Both the position numbers and the translations under genes were made by a program. 64,000 nt of DNA, taken from Balanoglossus misakiensis (taxonomy: Eukaryota > Animalia > Hemichordata). Positions within the stretch are counted from its first letter, which is position 1, and each line of letters opens with the position of its first letter. Below are positions 23,756-34,639 of this stretch, piece by piece. The stretch covers positions 62,001 through 126,000 of the forward strand of contig JBECUI020000039.1 in NCBI GenBank assembly GCA_040954595.2. The letters run 5' to 3'. Under the pieces are notes generated by a model. That model searched no databases. It had not been told where the DNA came from and saw only the letters and a program-made list of their open reading frames with translations.

Positions 23756-25876
23756 TTACGTATGATTTACACTATTTGTTGAACTGGTAAACATATCTAC
23801 AATGTTTAGACTGATGCGGCGATGGTCGAAATTGTCAAATAAAATTTCAAAAACAACATCTACATGGTCTCCTATTTTGAAGTCTATGCTATGGTCTTCT
23901 GAAGCATTCCACCGTAAGCCCGGCCAGGAAAACTTGCCGTAACGAAGCAGATACTTAAAATGCTTTGCACCCCTGCCTATAACAGAGAGAGACTCTATAT
24001 ACATGTTTTTGCTGAAAAAACGAAGCGGACGGTTTTTCATGCCATAGGGTTCAAAGAAGTCTACGAGTTCAGCAATATCAGGAGTAAGATACTTTTCGGG
24101 TAATTCTGCATCAAAAAACATAACTTCACTATTACTACTTGTCTCTTCCATCAGTTTGCTGTGCTGCTGTACTCGTTCCAGAAGGGTATCAATGCTATTG
24201 ACCTCCAAACGAAAGCCAGCTGCTCCATCATGTCCCCCCCAGTCAATGAAGATATTCTCAAAGTTCTTGAGAAAGTCCGTTGCATGAAATCCGGCATTGC
24301 TCCGCACAGAACCGATGCAGTTGTCTTTCACCCGTGTTATGATAATTGCCGGTACCTTGTTCTCCTTGCTGATCCTACTGGCAATAATGCCGGTAATGCC
24401 GCGGTGTACGTCTTCGCTGTATATGATAATCAGTTTGCCGTTATTTTCCCGTAAACTCTTACCTGCTGTGTAACGAATTTTCTCCCATGTTGACTCGGCA
24501 AGTAGTTTGCGCTGCGAATTAAGCTGTATTAATTCTTTTGCCAGTGCAAAGGAATCGCCTATGCCAAGGAGCAGTTCTACAGCCTTATCGGGTCGTCCCA
24601 TCCGACCGGAGGCATTAATTATCGGAGCGACCCGCCAACTAATATCCTGCGAGTTCGGCACTACATGCAGGTTGGAAAGGGCACAGAGTTGCTGAATCCC
24701 TACTCTCATCTTCTTTTCCATAATACGCATGCCGTGATGTACAATGAGCCGATTCTCATCGACTAAGGGCATCATATCGGCAAGGGTGGCTATTGCCGCA
24801 AGGTCTATGCTCTGCTCAAGAGATTTTTTCGGTTCGGGGTCAATGATTGCATGATAGACTCGAAAGAGATAAAAGAACATGTCAAGTTCCTTAAAATCCC
24901 TTATGTATCGATTCCGTACGTTGCTCTCATGTAGTTGTAAAAGACTCTTGCCTACCATATTAGGATAGGATTTACAGAGTGTTGGGGCTATGTCTTGTAG
25001 ATAAAAATCTATCTTGTCACCAAAAACGCTTTTGAGTATCTTTTTCTGTTGTTCGGCATTGTATACAAAGATCGGTAATCCTTCGATGTACTGAAAAAAC
25101 TTACTGTTCTTGGGATATCCCATCTCTGGAATAAATATCTCAGTTAGACGGTCCAACTCGACAAGATTACGTACCTTCACGACATCAATCTGAACACCAT
25201 TATTCACCGGGCAGGCAAGAAGTAGACAGAGCGTCTGCTTATACCAATCACTCTTCGCAAAGGTGAGTGCCTCGTAGAACTTCATGATAACTGCGGCAGT
25301 ACAGAGACCCGCAAGGGGATAACTAGATGAACTGCTTGCAGGATTAACGATGGCAGTAACATTGGGCGTCAGATCGTGGCTTACATGATGATCGAAAATA
25401 ACCATGTCAATGCCGAACTCTGCTGCTCGCATCTGGGCTTCGTAGTTTGTCGTGCCGCAGTCAACCGCAATAAGTAAACCGCCACCTTCTCGATGGAAGG
25501 ATTCTACCAACTCACTGTTTAGCCCATAGGACTCGTCATGGAGCGGAAGATTCCACGAAACCGAACAGCCAAGTTTTTCAAGACATTCTACCATCAGAAC
25601 AATGCTGGAAATGCCGTCGACATCCCGGTCTCCAAATACCAATACCCGCTCTTCTGCTTCCCCCGCTTGAAGAATGCGGTCTACTGCATCTTCCATGCCC
25701 TGCATACGGAATGGACAGTGCATGTACCCATAGTCATTTTCCATGTAGTAGCATAGATCTTTACCGTCTTGAATGTTACGCCGCAACAAAATGACCGCTT
25801 GTAGGGGGGTGCATCCGTAGCGTTGCGCAAATTCTTTAATTTCTTCCTTGTCGATCTTCTTTTTTTGCCAATACAC
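23756..25876 (-). CDS. recJ: ssDNA exonuclease RecJ
   Basis: GDRDVDG, DCG, DHH, INASGR, GGHDGAAG, EPYG. Confidence 0.96.
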   Translation of the reverse strand: MYWQKKKIDKEEIKEFAQRYGCTPLQAVILLRRNIQDGKDLCYYMENDYGYMHCPFRMQGMEDAVDRILQAGEAEERVLVFGDRDVDGISSIVLMVECLEKLGCSVSWNLPLHDESYGLNSELVESFHREGGGLLIAVDCGTTNYEAQMRAAEFGIDMVIFDHHVSHDLTPNVTAIVNPASSSSSYPLAGLCTAAVIMKFYEALTFAKSDWYKQTLCLLLACPVNNGVQIDVVKVRNLVELDRLTEIFIPEMGYPKNSKFFQYIEGLPIFVYNAEQQKKILKSVFGDKIDFYLQDIAPTLCKSYPNMVGKSLLQLHESNVRNRYIRDFKELDMFFYLFRVYHAIIDPEPKKSLEQSIDLAAIATLADMMPLVDENRLIVHHGMRIMEKKMRVGIQQLCALSNLHVVPNSQDISWRVAPIINASGRMGRPDKAVELLLGIGDSFALAKELIQLNSQRKLLAESTWEKIRYTAGKSLRENNGKLIIIYSEDVHRGITGIIASRISKENKVPAIIITRVKDNCIGSVRSNAGFHATDFLKNFENIFIDWGGHDGAAGFRLEVNSIDTLLERVQQHSKLMEETSSNSEVMFFDAELPEKYLTPDIAELVDFFEPYGMKNRPLRFFSKNMYIESLSVIGRGAKHFKYLLRYGKFSWPGLRWNASEDHSIDFKIGDHVDVVFEILFDNFDHRRISLNIVDMFTSSTNSVNHT

Positions 25877-25877
25877 G

Positions 25878-27209
25878 TTACGATAATTCCTCTAGAATAA
25901 TTGAACCAGGCGAATGTACATCACTAATAGTCAGTGCGTCGGTTCCCCACTTAATAGACTCTGCAATGTTGCTCTTTACTTCATCGTACCAGAGACGAAT
26001 AACTGCTTCGTTTTTTCGAACCTTCGCTCCGTCCTTGTACAATAATTCGACTCCGACATTCGGTAAAATTTCGTCCTTGAGAGTCGTTCTTCCGGCACCA
26101 AGGTGGTTGGATGCAATGGCAATGTTGTAGGCATCTATGCAAACATACCCGTCCCTATCGGCTATGATGTCGGTGCTGGCCTTGCTTCGCCGCTTGCCGA
26201 TTTGCAAACAAAGCTGATCTATGTCTCCTTGTTGGAGGCTAACGTTTTTTGCAAAGTGTTGCCATGCTTTGCCCGATTCCAATGCATGCCGACATTGTTC
26301 TTCGCCCTGCTTGATATTATTTGCCTTTTTCGTCGCAACAAGCATCCATGCACCGAGACGCAAAACAAGCTGCATTAAATCTTGAGAACGGGGATCAACC
26401 GACAACTGATGACCGTCAATTATGCCACGTAAACAGTGCACGCATTCATCAATTTCCAAAAAATTTCCAACCATGTACCCAAGCGGACTGTTCATGTTGC
26501 TGACAACGGCAATGAGTGTTCGTTCCAGCTTTTTTGCAGTTCGTTGGAGCATGTCGGCAAGCCTGAGTGCATCCTCTTTCGTCTTAAAAAATGCACCGGA
26601 ACCGCATTTGACGTCAATAATGATGGCTTTGGCCCCCTCTGCAAACTTCTTTGACAAGATGCTGGAAACAATGAGCGGTATCGACTCGACTGTTCCCGTA
26701 ACGTCGCGTAGCGCATACAGTTTTCGGTCCGCTGGAACAAAATCCTCTGTTTGCCCCATCATAACATAGCCGTTCTCTGCTATGTCTGCATATACTTGCT
26801 CTTTCGTTAAACGGGTGTTGTACCCGGGTATTGTTTCCAGTTTGTCCAGTGTACCGCCCGTATGCCCGAGGGAACGACCGCTCATCATAGGAATAATGAG
26901 ACCGCAGGCAGCCAACATGGGAGAAAGAATGATCGAGACCTTATCACCTACCCCACCAGTGGAATGCTTGTCGACTGGAATCCCTGAAAAGGAACTAAAA
27001 TCTAAACATGTCCCACTGTTGATCATCTCCTGTGTTAATATGCATGTTTCGTCTTCATTTAAAGATTGAAAAAATATTGCCATAAGAAAGGCAGCGATTT
27101 GATACTCGGGGATGGTCCCGTCCATGTACCCATTAATGAAATAACTGATTTCATCATTCGTCAGTATGCCCTTGTCTCGCTTTTTTGTAATAATATCAAT
27201 GAACCTCAT
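25878..27209 (-). CDS. pdp: Pyrimidine-nucleoside/thymidine phosphorylase
   Basis: DKHSTGGVGDK, SGRSLGHTGGTLDKLE, LYALRDVT. Confidence 0.95.
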   Translation of the reverse strand: MRFIDIITKKRDKGILTNDEISYFINGYMDGTIPEYQIAAFLMAIFFQSLNEDETCILTQEMINSGTCLDFSSFSGIPVDKHSTGGVGDKVSIILSPMLAACGLIIPMMSGRSLGHTGGTLDKLETIPGYNTRLTKEQVYADIAENGYVMMGQTEDFVPADRKLYALRDVTGTVESIPLIVSSILSKKFAEGAKAIIIDVKCGSGAFFKTKEDALRLADMLQRTAKKLERTLIAVVSNMNSPLGYMVGNFLEIDECVHCLRGIIDGHQLSVDPRSQDLMQLVLRLGAWMLVATKKANNIKQGEEQCRHALESGKAWQHFAKNVSLQQGDIDQLCLQIGKRRSKASTDIIADRDGYVCIDAYNIAIASNHLGAGRTTLKDEILPNVGVELLYKDGAKVRKNEAVIRLWYDEVKSNIAESIKWGTDALTISDVHSPGSIILEELS

Positions 27210-27261
27210 ATTAATAGTCTAGCATAGTCATATAAATATATGATATACTGGGATAATAATT

Positions 27262-27759
27262 ATGTACGCTTTGTTTGTTGATTTGGACGGAGTATTGGTA
27301 GATTTCGCTGCCGGGGTACGAAAATTCCTGGGGGCTTCACCTGAAGAATTGGACAAACAATATATGTGGTCCCAACTTGCACTGAGGCCGGGGTTTTATG
27401 AACACCTGACCTGGATGCCCCATGGCAAAGAGTTGTGGAGCATTCTTATGAACTATTCTCCGCGTATTCTAACTGGTGTGCCCCACGGAACATGGGCTGC
27501 CCCGCAAAAAAAAATATGGTGCTTGCGTGAAGTAGGTGCCGATGTTCCGGTTATAACCTGTCGTTCAAAACAAAAGGCTGATATGGGAAAGAAATATGCA
27601 GGGGAAGAAGAAATTCCGGTGCTTATTGATGATAGTAGCCATCTATCACAGGCTTGGGAAGAGATGGGCGGGATATTTGTGCATCACGTAACAAACGAAC
27701 AGAGTATCCAGACACTGATTGATATCGGCTTAATTGAGGACTTATACGATCCCGGGTAA
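27262..27759 (+). CDS. HAD-family 5'(3')-deoxyribonucleotidase-like protein
   Basis: FVDLDGVLVDF motif I and LIDD motif IV; divergent from pdp. Confidence 0.8.
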   Translation: MYALFVDLDGVLVDFAAGVRKFLGASPEELDKQYMWSQLALRPGFYEHLTWMPHGKELWSILMNYSPRILTGVPHGTWAAPQKKIWCLREVGADVPVITCRSKQKADMGKKYAGEEEIPVLIDDSSHLSQAWEEMGGIFVHHVTNEQSIQTLIDIGLIEDLYDPG

Positions 27760-28449
27760 GGCAGATATCGTTTTTAATGGTTTGCCGAGAATCTGTTCAA
27801 TAAGACGATAGAGAAAAACCGTGAGCACCTGCTGGTCTTCTGCTGTACCCGATATCTGCTCTGATACCGACTCGCTTGCAAGAAGACACTCTATTGCTCC
27901 TGCACTGAGCGAGAGGGTCTCGGCTTCTGCATGAAGAAGAAATCGGTGTTTGTTGTAATGATAGTATAGCATCGCGGCACGGGGTATCTCCAAGGGGGGT
28001 TGTTCCCCTATGTAACCTAAATACTGCCAGAGTAATTGATTGCTGATGATTCGTGCAGCAGTTTCGTCGCTTTCTTCAATAATGCCGAGACTGTGGATAA
28101 CAAGTTGAAATATTTCCTCTCGGTTGTCCACTCCAAAATGACTGCAGGTAAGTATTTCCGCCCATAGGGAGGCATAAAAATACCGGTATAGTTCCATTCG
28201 CAGCCCGAAAAACCCGCGTAAGAGATCAAATGAATGAATGCTTCGCTGGTCTCCTTTCGTATATAGGTCGCATTGTCCAAAGGAAAAAGGGAATACTGAT
28301 GCACGGAGTTTGCTCTTATGTGCACGCAATCCATACGCCATTGCCCGTAGTATGCCGTGTTCGCGGGTTAATAGATGACACCCGCTATGGATTTCCCCTA
28401 TTGAATAGACTCCGAGAACAAGAGTTTGATCGCTGGTATGACGTTGCAT
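27742..28449 (-). CDS. recO: DNA repair protein RecO
   Basis: GE..LLTREHGILRAMAYGLRAHKSKL N-terminal OB-fold pattern. Confidence 0.85.
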   Translation of the reverse strand: MQRHTSDQTLVLGVYSIGEIHSGCHLLTREHGILRAMAYGLRAHKSKLRASVFPFSFGQCDLYTKGDQRSIHSFDLLRGFFGLRMELYRYFYASLWAEILTCSHFGVDNREEIFQLVIHSLGIIEESDETAARIISNQLLWQYLGYIGEQPPLEIPRAAMLYYHYNKHRFLLHAEAETLSLSAGAIECLLASESVSEQISGTAEDQQVLTVFLYRLIEQILGKPLKTISALPGIV

Positions 28450-28535
28450 AGTGTTGTTTTATAATAGCATAATTTACTATAATGTTTCTGTGTTTTGTGA
28501 AAAAATATTATCAATACAAAAGGAGGACATAGTTA

Positions 28536-30911
28536 ATGGTACTAGAACATGAAGATGGACATATTCTTCCAGCGGATCAGGTCTTGCCACCGACATTGCC
28601 TCTGATTGTGCTGCATTCTAACCCGATTTTTCCGGGCATGCTGTCTCCGCTCATGCTTATTCGTTCACAAGAAATATCTGTTGTGGACTACGCAAAAGAA
28701 AACTCTTCTTTGTATATTGGCTTTGTGCTTGCCAAGGATCCCGATGATGATGAATTTGATCCCGAAGGCATTTTTTCTGTCGGCACGGTTGCAAAAGTTA
28801 TTAAACGAATTAACTTGCCTGATGATGGAATAAATGTCTTTATTTCCGCGATCAAACGGTTCAAAATAAAAAAAATATCAATGAGAAACAACAATATTCC
28901 TCTTGCTATTGTTGAGTACCTTGATGAACAGATCAAACTTACTACCGAACTTCGGGCAATGACACGTTCGCTTATTGCGGAAATGAAGAAACTTTCCGAA
29001 GATAACTCTCTTTTTTCGGAAGATGTACGTTTGAATATGGCAAATATTACAAACTTTGATCAATCAGGAAGAATTACCGACTTTATCGCTTCAATTCTGA
29101 ATATTGACCGCGAGAAACAGCAGAATATCCTTGAGATGCTTGATGTCAGAAAACGCATCGAAACCGTACTTATTCTAATAAAAAAAGAACAGGAAATTCT
29201 TCGTATACAAAAGAAAATTCATAAGCAGATCAGCAAAAAGATAGAAAAGAGTCAGCGGGAGTACTTTTTGCGAGAACAGCTGAAGGAAATTCAGAAGGAA
29301 CTGGGGATCAATACCGATCCGAAGAGTTCCGAGTATGCCCGATTTAAGAAAAAGATAACGAGTATCAACCTGGAACCGGAGGTAAAAGAGCCTATAGAAC
29401 AGGAACTGGAAAAGTTTGCTCTCCTGGACCCGAATAATTCCGAGTTTGGAGTAGTACGTAATTACCTCGATTTAATTACAAGCCTCCCATGGGATTCCCC
29501 CCCGGAAGATATGCCGGATATCACTAAGGCTATGAAAATACTTGATAGAGACCACTACGGCTTAGAGGATATTAAAAAACGTATTGTTGAATTTCTATCG
29601 GTACATATCCGTACGAATAAAACAAAGAGTTCTATTATCTGCTTTGTCGGTCCTCCCGGAGTAGGAAAGACTTCAATCGGAAAATCTATTGCTACAGCAT
29701 TGGGAAAGAAGTTTTTTCGTTTCTCCGTAGGTGGTATGCGTGATGAGGCTGAAATTAAGGGACATCGAAGAACCTATGTTGGCGCCATGCCGGGCAAAAT
29801 TATTCAAGGACTTCGGTATACAAAGTCAAAATGCCCGGTCTTTATGATTGATGAGATTGATAAACTTGGCGCAAGTTATCAGGGAGATCCCGCTTCTGCC
29901 TTACTGGAAGTACTGGACATAGAACAAAATATTGCCTTTCGCGACCATTATCTCGACCTGCCCTTCGATGTATCGCAGATATTTTTTATTACAACTGCAA
30001 ATACACTTGATACCATTCCAAGCCCCCTTCTTGACCGGATGGAAGTTATCCGACTGGCGGGCTACATTGATAGCGAGAAGATAGAGATTGCACGGAAATA
30101 TCTCCTGCCGAAATCTATAGCAAATCACGGATTACGGTCTAAGGAAATCTCATACACAATGCCTTCCCTCCGCGTAATTGCCGGTCAGTATGCCCGTGAT
30201 ATGGGTGTGCGGAACTATGAAAAAGCTCTTAACCGGATTAATAGAAAGGTGACGTATAAGATTGCCGTAGAGAAAGATATAAAGTTGCCGGTAAAGATTA
30301 CTCCTGATGTTCTGGAAGAATACCTTGGGGTGCCTGCATTTAATCGCACAGAGGTAAAGAAGATTACTCGTCCGGGACTTTGCTTTGGCTTGGCATGGAC
30401 TTCTTTCGGCGGTGAGGTCATGCTTATTGAAGCTGTATTCTACCCCAGCAAGGGCGGGATTCAGTTAACCGGACAAATGGGACAGGTTATGCAGGAATCG
30501 GCACAAATTGCCTATTCGTACATACAATCAATTGCAGAGCATGCATCGATTGATACATCACTCTTCGACAAGTATACGGTGCACCTCCATATTCCTGCCG
30601 GTGCCACCCCGAAGGATGGTCCATCTGCGGGAATAACAATGGCAACTACCCTCTTCTCGCTCTTTACAAATAAAACTGTCAAACATACATTTGCAATGAC
30701 CGGTGAACTCTCTCTTACCGGTGACGTTCTTCCTATCGGAGGATTGAAGGAGAAAACGATTGCCGCTTTGCGGAATCAAATTAAGCATATTATTATTCCT
30801 AAGGAAAATGAACGGGACGCAAAGGAGATACCGGAGCATATCCGAAAACGTGTTCGATACTACCCGGTTGAACACGTGCAAGAAGTACTGGATATGGTAA
30901 TGAAGAAATGA
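28536..30911 (+). CDS. lon: Lon protease
   Basis: GPPGVGKT, RRTYVGAMPG, PKDGPSAG, IGGLKEK. Confidence 0.99.
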   Translation: MVLEHEDGHILPADQVLPPTLPLIVLHSNPIFPGMLSPLMLIRSQEISVVDYAKENSSLYIGFVLAKDPDDDEFDPEGIFSVGTVAKVIKRINLPDDGINVFISAIKRFKIKKISMRNNNIPLAIVEYLDEQIKLTTELRAMTRSLIAEMKKLSEDNSLFSEDVRLNMANITNFDQSGRITDFIASILNIDREKQQNILEMLDVRKRIETVLILIKKEQEILRIQKKIHKQISKKIEKSQREYFLREQLKEIQKELGINTDPKSSEYARFKKKITSINLEPEVKEPIEQELEKFALLDPNNSEFGVVRNYLDLITSLPWDSPPEDMPDITKAMKILDRDHYGLEDIKKRIVEFLSVHIRTNKTKSSIICFVGPPGVGKTSIGKSIATALGKKFFRFSVGGMRDEAEIKGHRRTYVGAMPGKIIQGLRYTKSKCPVFMIDEIDKLGASYQGDPASALLEVLDIEQNIAFRDHYLDLPFDVSQIFFITTANTLDTIPSPLLDRMEVIRLAGYIDSEKIEIARKYLLPKSIANHGLRSKEISYTMPSLRVIAGQYARDMGVRNYEKALNRINRKVTYKIAVEKDIKLPVKITPDVLEEYLGVPAFNRTEVKKITRPGLCFGLAWTSFGGEVMLIEAVFYPSKGGIQLTGQMGQVMQESAQIAYSYIQSIAEHASIDTSLFDKYTVHLHIPAGATPKDGPSAGITMATTLFSLFTNKTVKHTFAMTGELSLTGDVLPIGGLKEKTIAALRNQIKHIIIPKENERDAKEIPEHIRKRVRYYPVEHVQEVLDMVMKK

Positions 30912-31645
30912 AAAGGTTTCTATCCATTTTTTTATTCGCGGGGAGTGCGGCCTTTGCCGAACCTGCCTTTACCTATTTGAGCACTATACCGAAACAGGAA
31001 GCTATTCTAACAAGATACGATGAGTTTATCCAATCCCTGTACGGGCTGCTCGATGTTGAAGAATCATTGCTTCTCCTAGTAGATAAGAAGCATCCTGTGC
31101 AAATTGTCCCTGCCGACTTGATCGCACTAGATGATTATGCTGATGTACTGACGCTGAATAAACGCGGTATGTATGTCAGTGCCCTTATGTTAGATGACTT
31201 GTTGCGCATGAACGCAGCGGCAGCAGAAGATGGAATAAAACTTGTGATTTCATCATCCTACCGAAGTTATGACTATCAGTCTATGCTCTTTGATCGTGCA
31301 GTCCGCGTTTCAGGACGAGAACAGGCATTACGAGAAATTGCTGTGCCGGGCACGAGTCAACATCAGTTGGGATTGGCACTTGATTTTGGCAGCATTACCC
31401 CTGCATTTGCCGATACAGCTGCCGGGCAGTGGCTGCAACAAAACTCCTGCAAATACGGCTTCTCCCTCTCCTACCCTGAGGGGGCGGAAGAAATAACCGG
31501 ATATATGTACGAGAGTTGGCATTTTCGTTACTTGGGTGTACGAGCTTGTCAAGTTGTAGAGACATTCTTTTCCGGTATGCCGCAGTACTTGCTGGAATTC
31601 TGGCATGCACACGCAAGCGAAGTGAGGCAGATGAGAAATGAATAA
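30908..31645 (+). CDS. D-Ala-D-Ala carboxypeptidase, M15B/VanY family
   Basis: SSYRSY, PGTSQHQLGLALD, YESWHFRY. Confidence 0.92.
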   Translation: MKRFLSIFLFAGSAAFAEPAFTYLSTIPKQEAILTRYDEFIQSLYGLLDVEESLLLLVDKKHPVQIVPADLIALDDYADVLTLNKRGMYVSALMLDDLLRMNAAAAEDGIKLVISSSYRSYDYQSMLFDRAVRVSGREQALREIAVPGTSQHQLGLALDFGSITPAFADTAAGQWLQQNSCKYGFSLSYPEGAEEITGYMYESWHFRYLGVRACQVVETFFSGMPQYLLEFWHAHASEVRQMRNE

Positions 31646-32849
31646 TATACATGGATTGACTATCCCGGAGTTATACCTTCCACGAGAAGGGATCGACCTT
31701 GCAAAATGGTCTATCATTGCCTGTGATCAACATAGCTCCGATAGGCAGTACTGGAAGAATATCGAAGATTTTGTCGGGCTGTCTCCATCAACGCTGCACA
31801 TCATGTTGCCCGAAGTATACCTGCAAGATGATGATGTGCATAAACGAATAGAGCGCATTCATGCTACGATGCAGACCTATAAAACCGAGGGCATTGTGCA
31901 TAATCACGGGGAGCAGCTCCTACTGACGGAACGAGAAACGGCTGAGGGGAACCGGTACGGGCTCCTGCTTGCTGTTGACCTTGAGGAATATAGTTATGCC
32001 GATGGTAGTAGCAGTCTTATCCGAGCAAGTGAAGAGACCCTTGTGCACCGACTCCCACCGCGAATACGAACCCGTCAGCATGCATTGTTTGAAATAAGTC
32101 ATATTCTCCTGCTCTGTAACAGTCCCATGGATTCATTGTTTACACCACTGCGTCAATACGTTGAAGAAACAAAGTATACGGTATCGCTTTCGGGGGGCGG
32201 CGGAAAACTGGAAGCACATAGCCTGTCGACGCAGGCTGTTTCCATGCTCCGAGAGTGGATGGATGAACTTCGTAACGCAGATGAATACATGCTCACTGGA
32301 GACGGGAATCATTCATTGGCTGCTGCTTGGCAAATATGGCAGGATGTCAAGAAAAACGGTGCTGCCGATGACGACCCGCGCCGCTTTGCAATGGTCGAAC
32401 TCGTGAGCATACATGACCCTGCCCTCTCCATTCATCCGATCCATCGCCTGGTATTCAACATAACCATGCCAAAACTTATTGCTGCACTAGAACCGCTATC
32501 CTATGTACCTGTTGCCAGTTCGTATGAACCAAACAGCAATGAATTATGTATTTCCAATGAAGAAGAAACTTTTCTTCTTTCTTTTTCCGATGCTGACACC
32601 TTGCTTGCACAGACGGATGAACGTTTGAGTTTGCTTTCATCGGAGGTGGATTATATTCATGGTCGGTCCGCCTGTATTACACTTGCTCAGCAACATAATG
32701 GGGTGGGTGTATTGCTCTCTCAACCAAAAAGAGAGAATCTTTTTCCGTTCGTAGAACAATACGGGCGCTTCCCCCGCAAAGCATTTTCGCTGGGAAGTGC
32801 TCAAGAAAAGCGCTACTATACAGAACTACGTTGTCTTGAAGGCATCTGA
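31638..32849 (+). CDS. DUF1015 family protein
   Basis: WSIIACDQ, IRASEET, GDGNHSLA, PRKAFSLG..EKRYY. Confidence 0.88.
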   Translation: MNNIHGLTIPELYLPREGIDLAKWSIIACDQHSSDRQYWKNIEDFVGLSPSTLHIMLPEVYLQDDDVHKRIERIHATMQTYKTEGIVHNHGEQLLLTERETAEGNRYGLLLAVDLEEYSYADGSSSLIRASEETLVHRLPPRIRTRQHALFEISHILLLCNSPMDSLFTPLRQYVEETKYTVSLSGGGGKLEAHSLSTQAVSMLREWMDELRNADEYMLTGDGNHSLAAAWQIWQDVKKNGAADDDPRRFAMVELVSIHDPALSIHPIHRLVFNITMPKLIAALEPLSYVPVASSYEPNSNELCISNEEETFLLSFSDADTLLAQTDERLSLLSSEVDYIHGRSACITLAQQHNGVGVLLSQPKRENLFPFVEQYGRFPRKAFSLGSAQEKRYYTELRCLEGI

Positions 32850-33334
32850 ACGAATACTGACGGGGGACGAACCCTTTTCGCACTGCCCTGATTGCTCATC
32901 ATGAGCATAATGTCGGTAAAAAGTAATAATAATGCGCTTGCCGCTGCAATAAAGAAGGAAATTGCCCTGAAAAAACTTCGTTGATCGATGTATTCATATG
33001 TTGAGATAATATATTGTCCCGGCTCTAATGTAGTCGTACTTGGGCGGTATCCGGCAACTTCAACAATGTACTCACCACTGTATTTGTAACCGCTTAGTAT
33101 TGCTTCCTGCCGAAGAACCTGTGCTCTACTCTGTTGGGCTGTGTGCATAAGAATATTTTGACGTTCTCGCAATTCCTCCAGACTCTTTTCAAGACTTGTT
33201 CGGTATTGCGTTCGTTCGTAATAGGAAAAGACTCCGTAGGTATCGTAGAATAAACCCGTTATAAATTGTGCAGATATGCCAATGGCAATGGCAATACATA
33301 ACGATAGTAAAATATTAGAAACACGCATATGCAT
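32816..33334 (-). CDS. Septum-formation-initiator (FtsB/DivIC)-like membrane protein
   Basis: N-terminal TM, coiled coil, A..LSGY...GE pattern. Confidence 0.5.
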   Translation of the reverse strand: MHMRVSNILLSLCIAIAIGISAQFITGLFYDTYGVFSYYERTQYRTSLEKSLEELRERQNILMHTAQQSRAQVLRQEAILSGYKYSGEYIVEVAGYRPSTTTLEPGQYIISTYEYIDQRSFFRAISFFIAAASALLLLFTDIMLMMSNQGSAKRVRPPSVFVQMPSRQRSSV

Positions 33335-33368
33335 TTATATATTCGGGTAGATATACCCTTTTCTTGAA

Positions 33369-33397
33369 TTGCATAAAAAAAAAGTATATGGTATGCT
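33369..33397 (+). promoter_or_regulatory. Candidate sigma70 promoter with extended -10
   Basis: TTGCAT-N17 (A9 run)-TATGCT preceded by TG. Confidence 0.5.
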
Positions 33398-33420
33398 ATC
33401 TATTAGTATAGATTGAGGTA

Positions 33421-34629
33421 TTGCATATGAATGATGATATAGAAACCACACAAGAATCTATGGAAGAATACGGCGTATGGGTTGCTAGTAATCCGGTTGA
33501 CAAAGATGAATTTCAGGTTACGGAGGAAGTCCCTACAGTTAGTTCGTTAAACTTGGAAAAGTCCGACGATTCCTTTGGTATAGGCGCTAAAACAGATAGT
33601 TCCGACGATCCACCACAAAATACGGATAGAATTCTTGCACTCGAACAGTCCATCTCAATGCTCCATGAAGATGTGAAGTCTCTCAAAGAATACATTGCTT
33701 CCATCCAAAAACAACTTTCGTCGTCTGAGGTGGAAGAAGAAAAGAAAGAGCCAGAGGGATTCTTTTCTGAGGACGACACTGATGAAACGATTGCTCTCAA
33801 TGTCAATGAACTAGAAAACATTTTAACAACATCTGAAGTTACCGACATGGCAATACCGCCCCAAGTGGAGGAACAGAGTCAACCAGTCTCGGTTTCACAA
33901 GATATTGATGATTATCTATCTGATCCTAGCGAAGATATTCCCGATACGGGAACGGTGTTGATTGAAGACGATGTTCTTATTGTTGACGATGCTGTCCCAC
34001 AGGGCGAAGACGACACTCCCGATGCCGCTATCTTGCCCGAACTGGCAGAAGAACAGGAAATGCTTCTTGAGGAACCCGCAGAAGAGGGGGCATTTTTTAT
34101 AGACACGGATGCTGTTGATAATCAACCAGATGAAACAGACAGTGAGCAGTTTGTGATAGAACCTACAGAGCCTGATCCCGCACCCGCCGCTGAAGAAGAT
34201 ATTCCCGTAATTGATCTGTCCCAATCGGATGAAGATATCCTTGTTATGGATGATGACATTCTGGGAGAAGAGGCACCTGATGATGAAAGCATAATGCTAC
34301 CGGAAAGTGAGTTAGAAGCAATTGCCTCTCGTTCACCCGAAGAGACCGTTGAAGAACTCAGTATTCCTCCCCCCGCAGACCTTGGCATTGCTCCAGACGA
34401 GGCAGCTTCTATTTCCAGTGTTATATCTCTTAGTAAGGGCAATACCAGCACAAATATTGCTCATCAGCTGGCAAACACCGGTGAAGAATTAAAAAAAGAA
34501 CTTACTTCGACTGTTATGCTATTGAACCATATACTGGAAACATTGCCGGAACAAACAATCAAGGAATACGAAGATCTGGAACAGTTTGCTGCATATAAAC
34601 GTCTGGCTCAATCCTTGAGCATTACCTGA
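33421..34629 (+). CDS. Highly acidic, largely disordered hypothetical protein
   Basis: D/E-rich 402-aa ORF with YGVWV, GFF..DETIAL..ELENIL and a C-terminal helical segment. Confidence 0.8.
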   Translation: MHMNDDIETTQESMEEYGVWVASNPVDKDEFQVTEEVPTVSSLNLEKSDDSFGIGAKTDSSDDPPQNTDRILALEQSISMLHEDVKSLKEYIASIQKQLSSSEVEEEKKEPEGFFSEDDTDETIALNVNELENILTTSEVTDMAIPPQVEEQSQPVSVSQDIDDYLSDPSEDIPDTGTVLIEDDVLIVDDAVPQGEDDTPDAAILPELAEEQEMLLEEPAEEGAFFIDTDAVDNQPDETDSEQFVIEPTEPDPAPAAEEDIPVIDLSQSDEDILVMDDDILGEEAPDDESIMLPESELEAIASRSPEETVEELSIPPPADLGIAPDEAASISSVISLSKGNTSTNIAHQLANTGEELKKELTSTVMLLNHILETLPEQTIKEYEDLEQFAAYKRLAQSLSIT

Positions 34630-34639
34630 CGGTTCTACA

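Noticed and set aside
30908-31645. VanY-like gene as a vancomycin-resistance locus
   Set aside because: No vanHAX/RS genes nearby; a stand-alone M15B peptidase is housekeeping.
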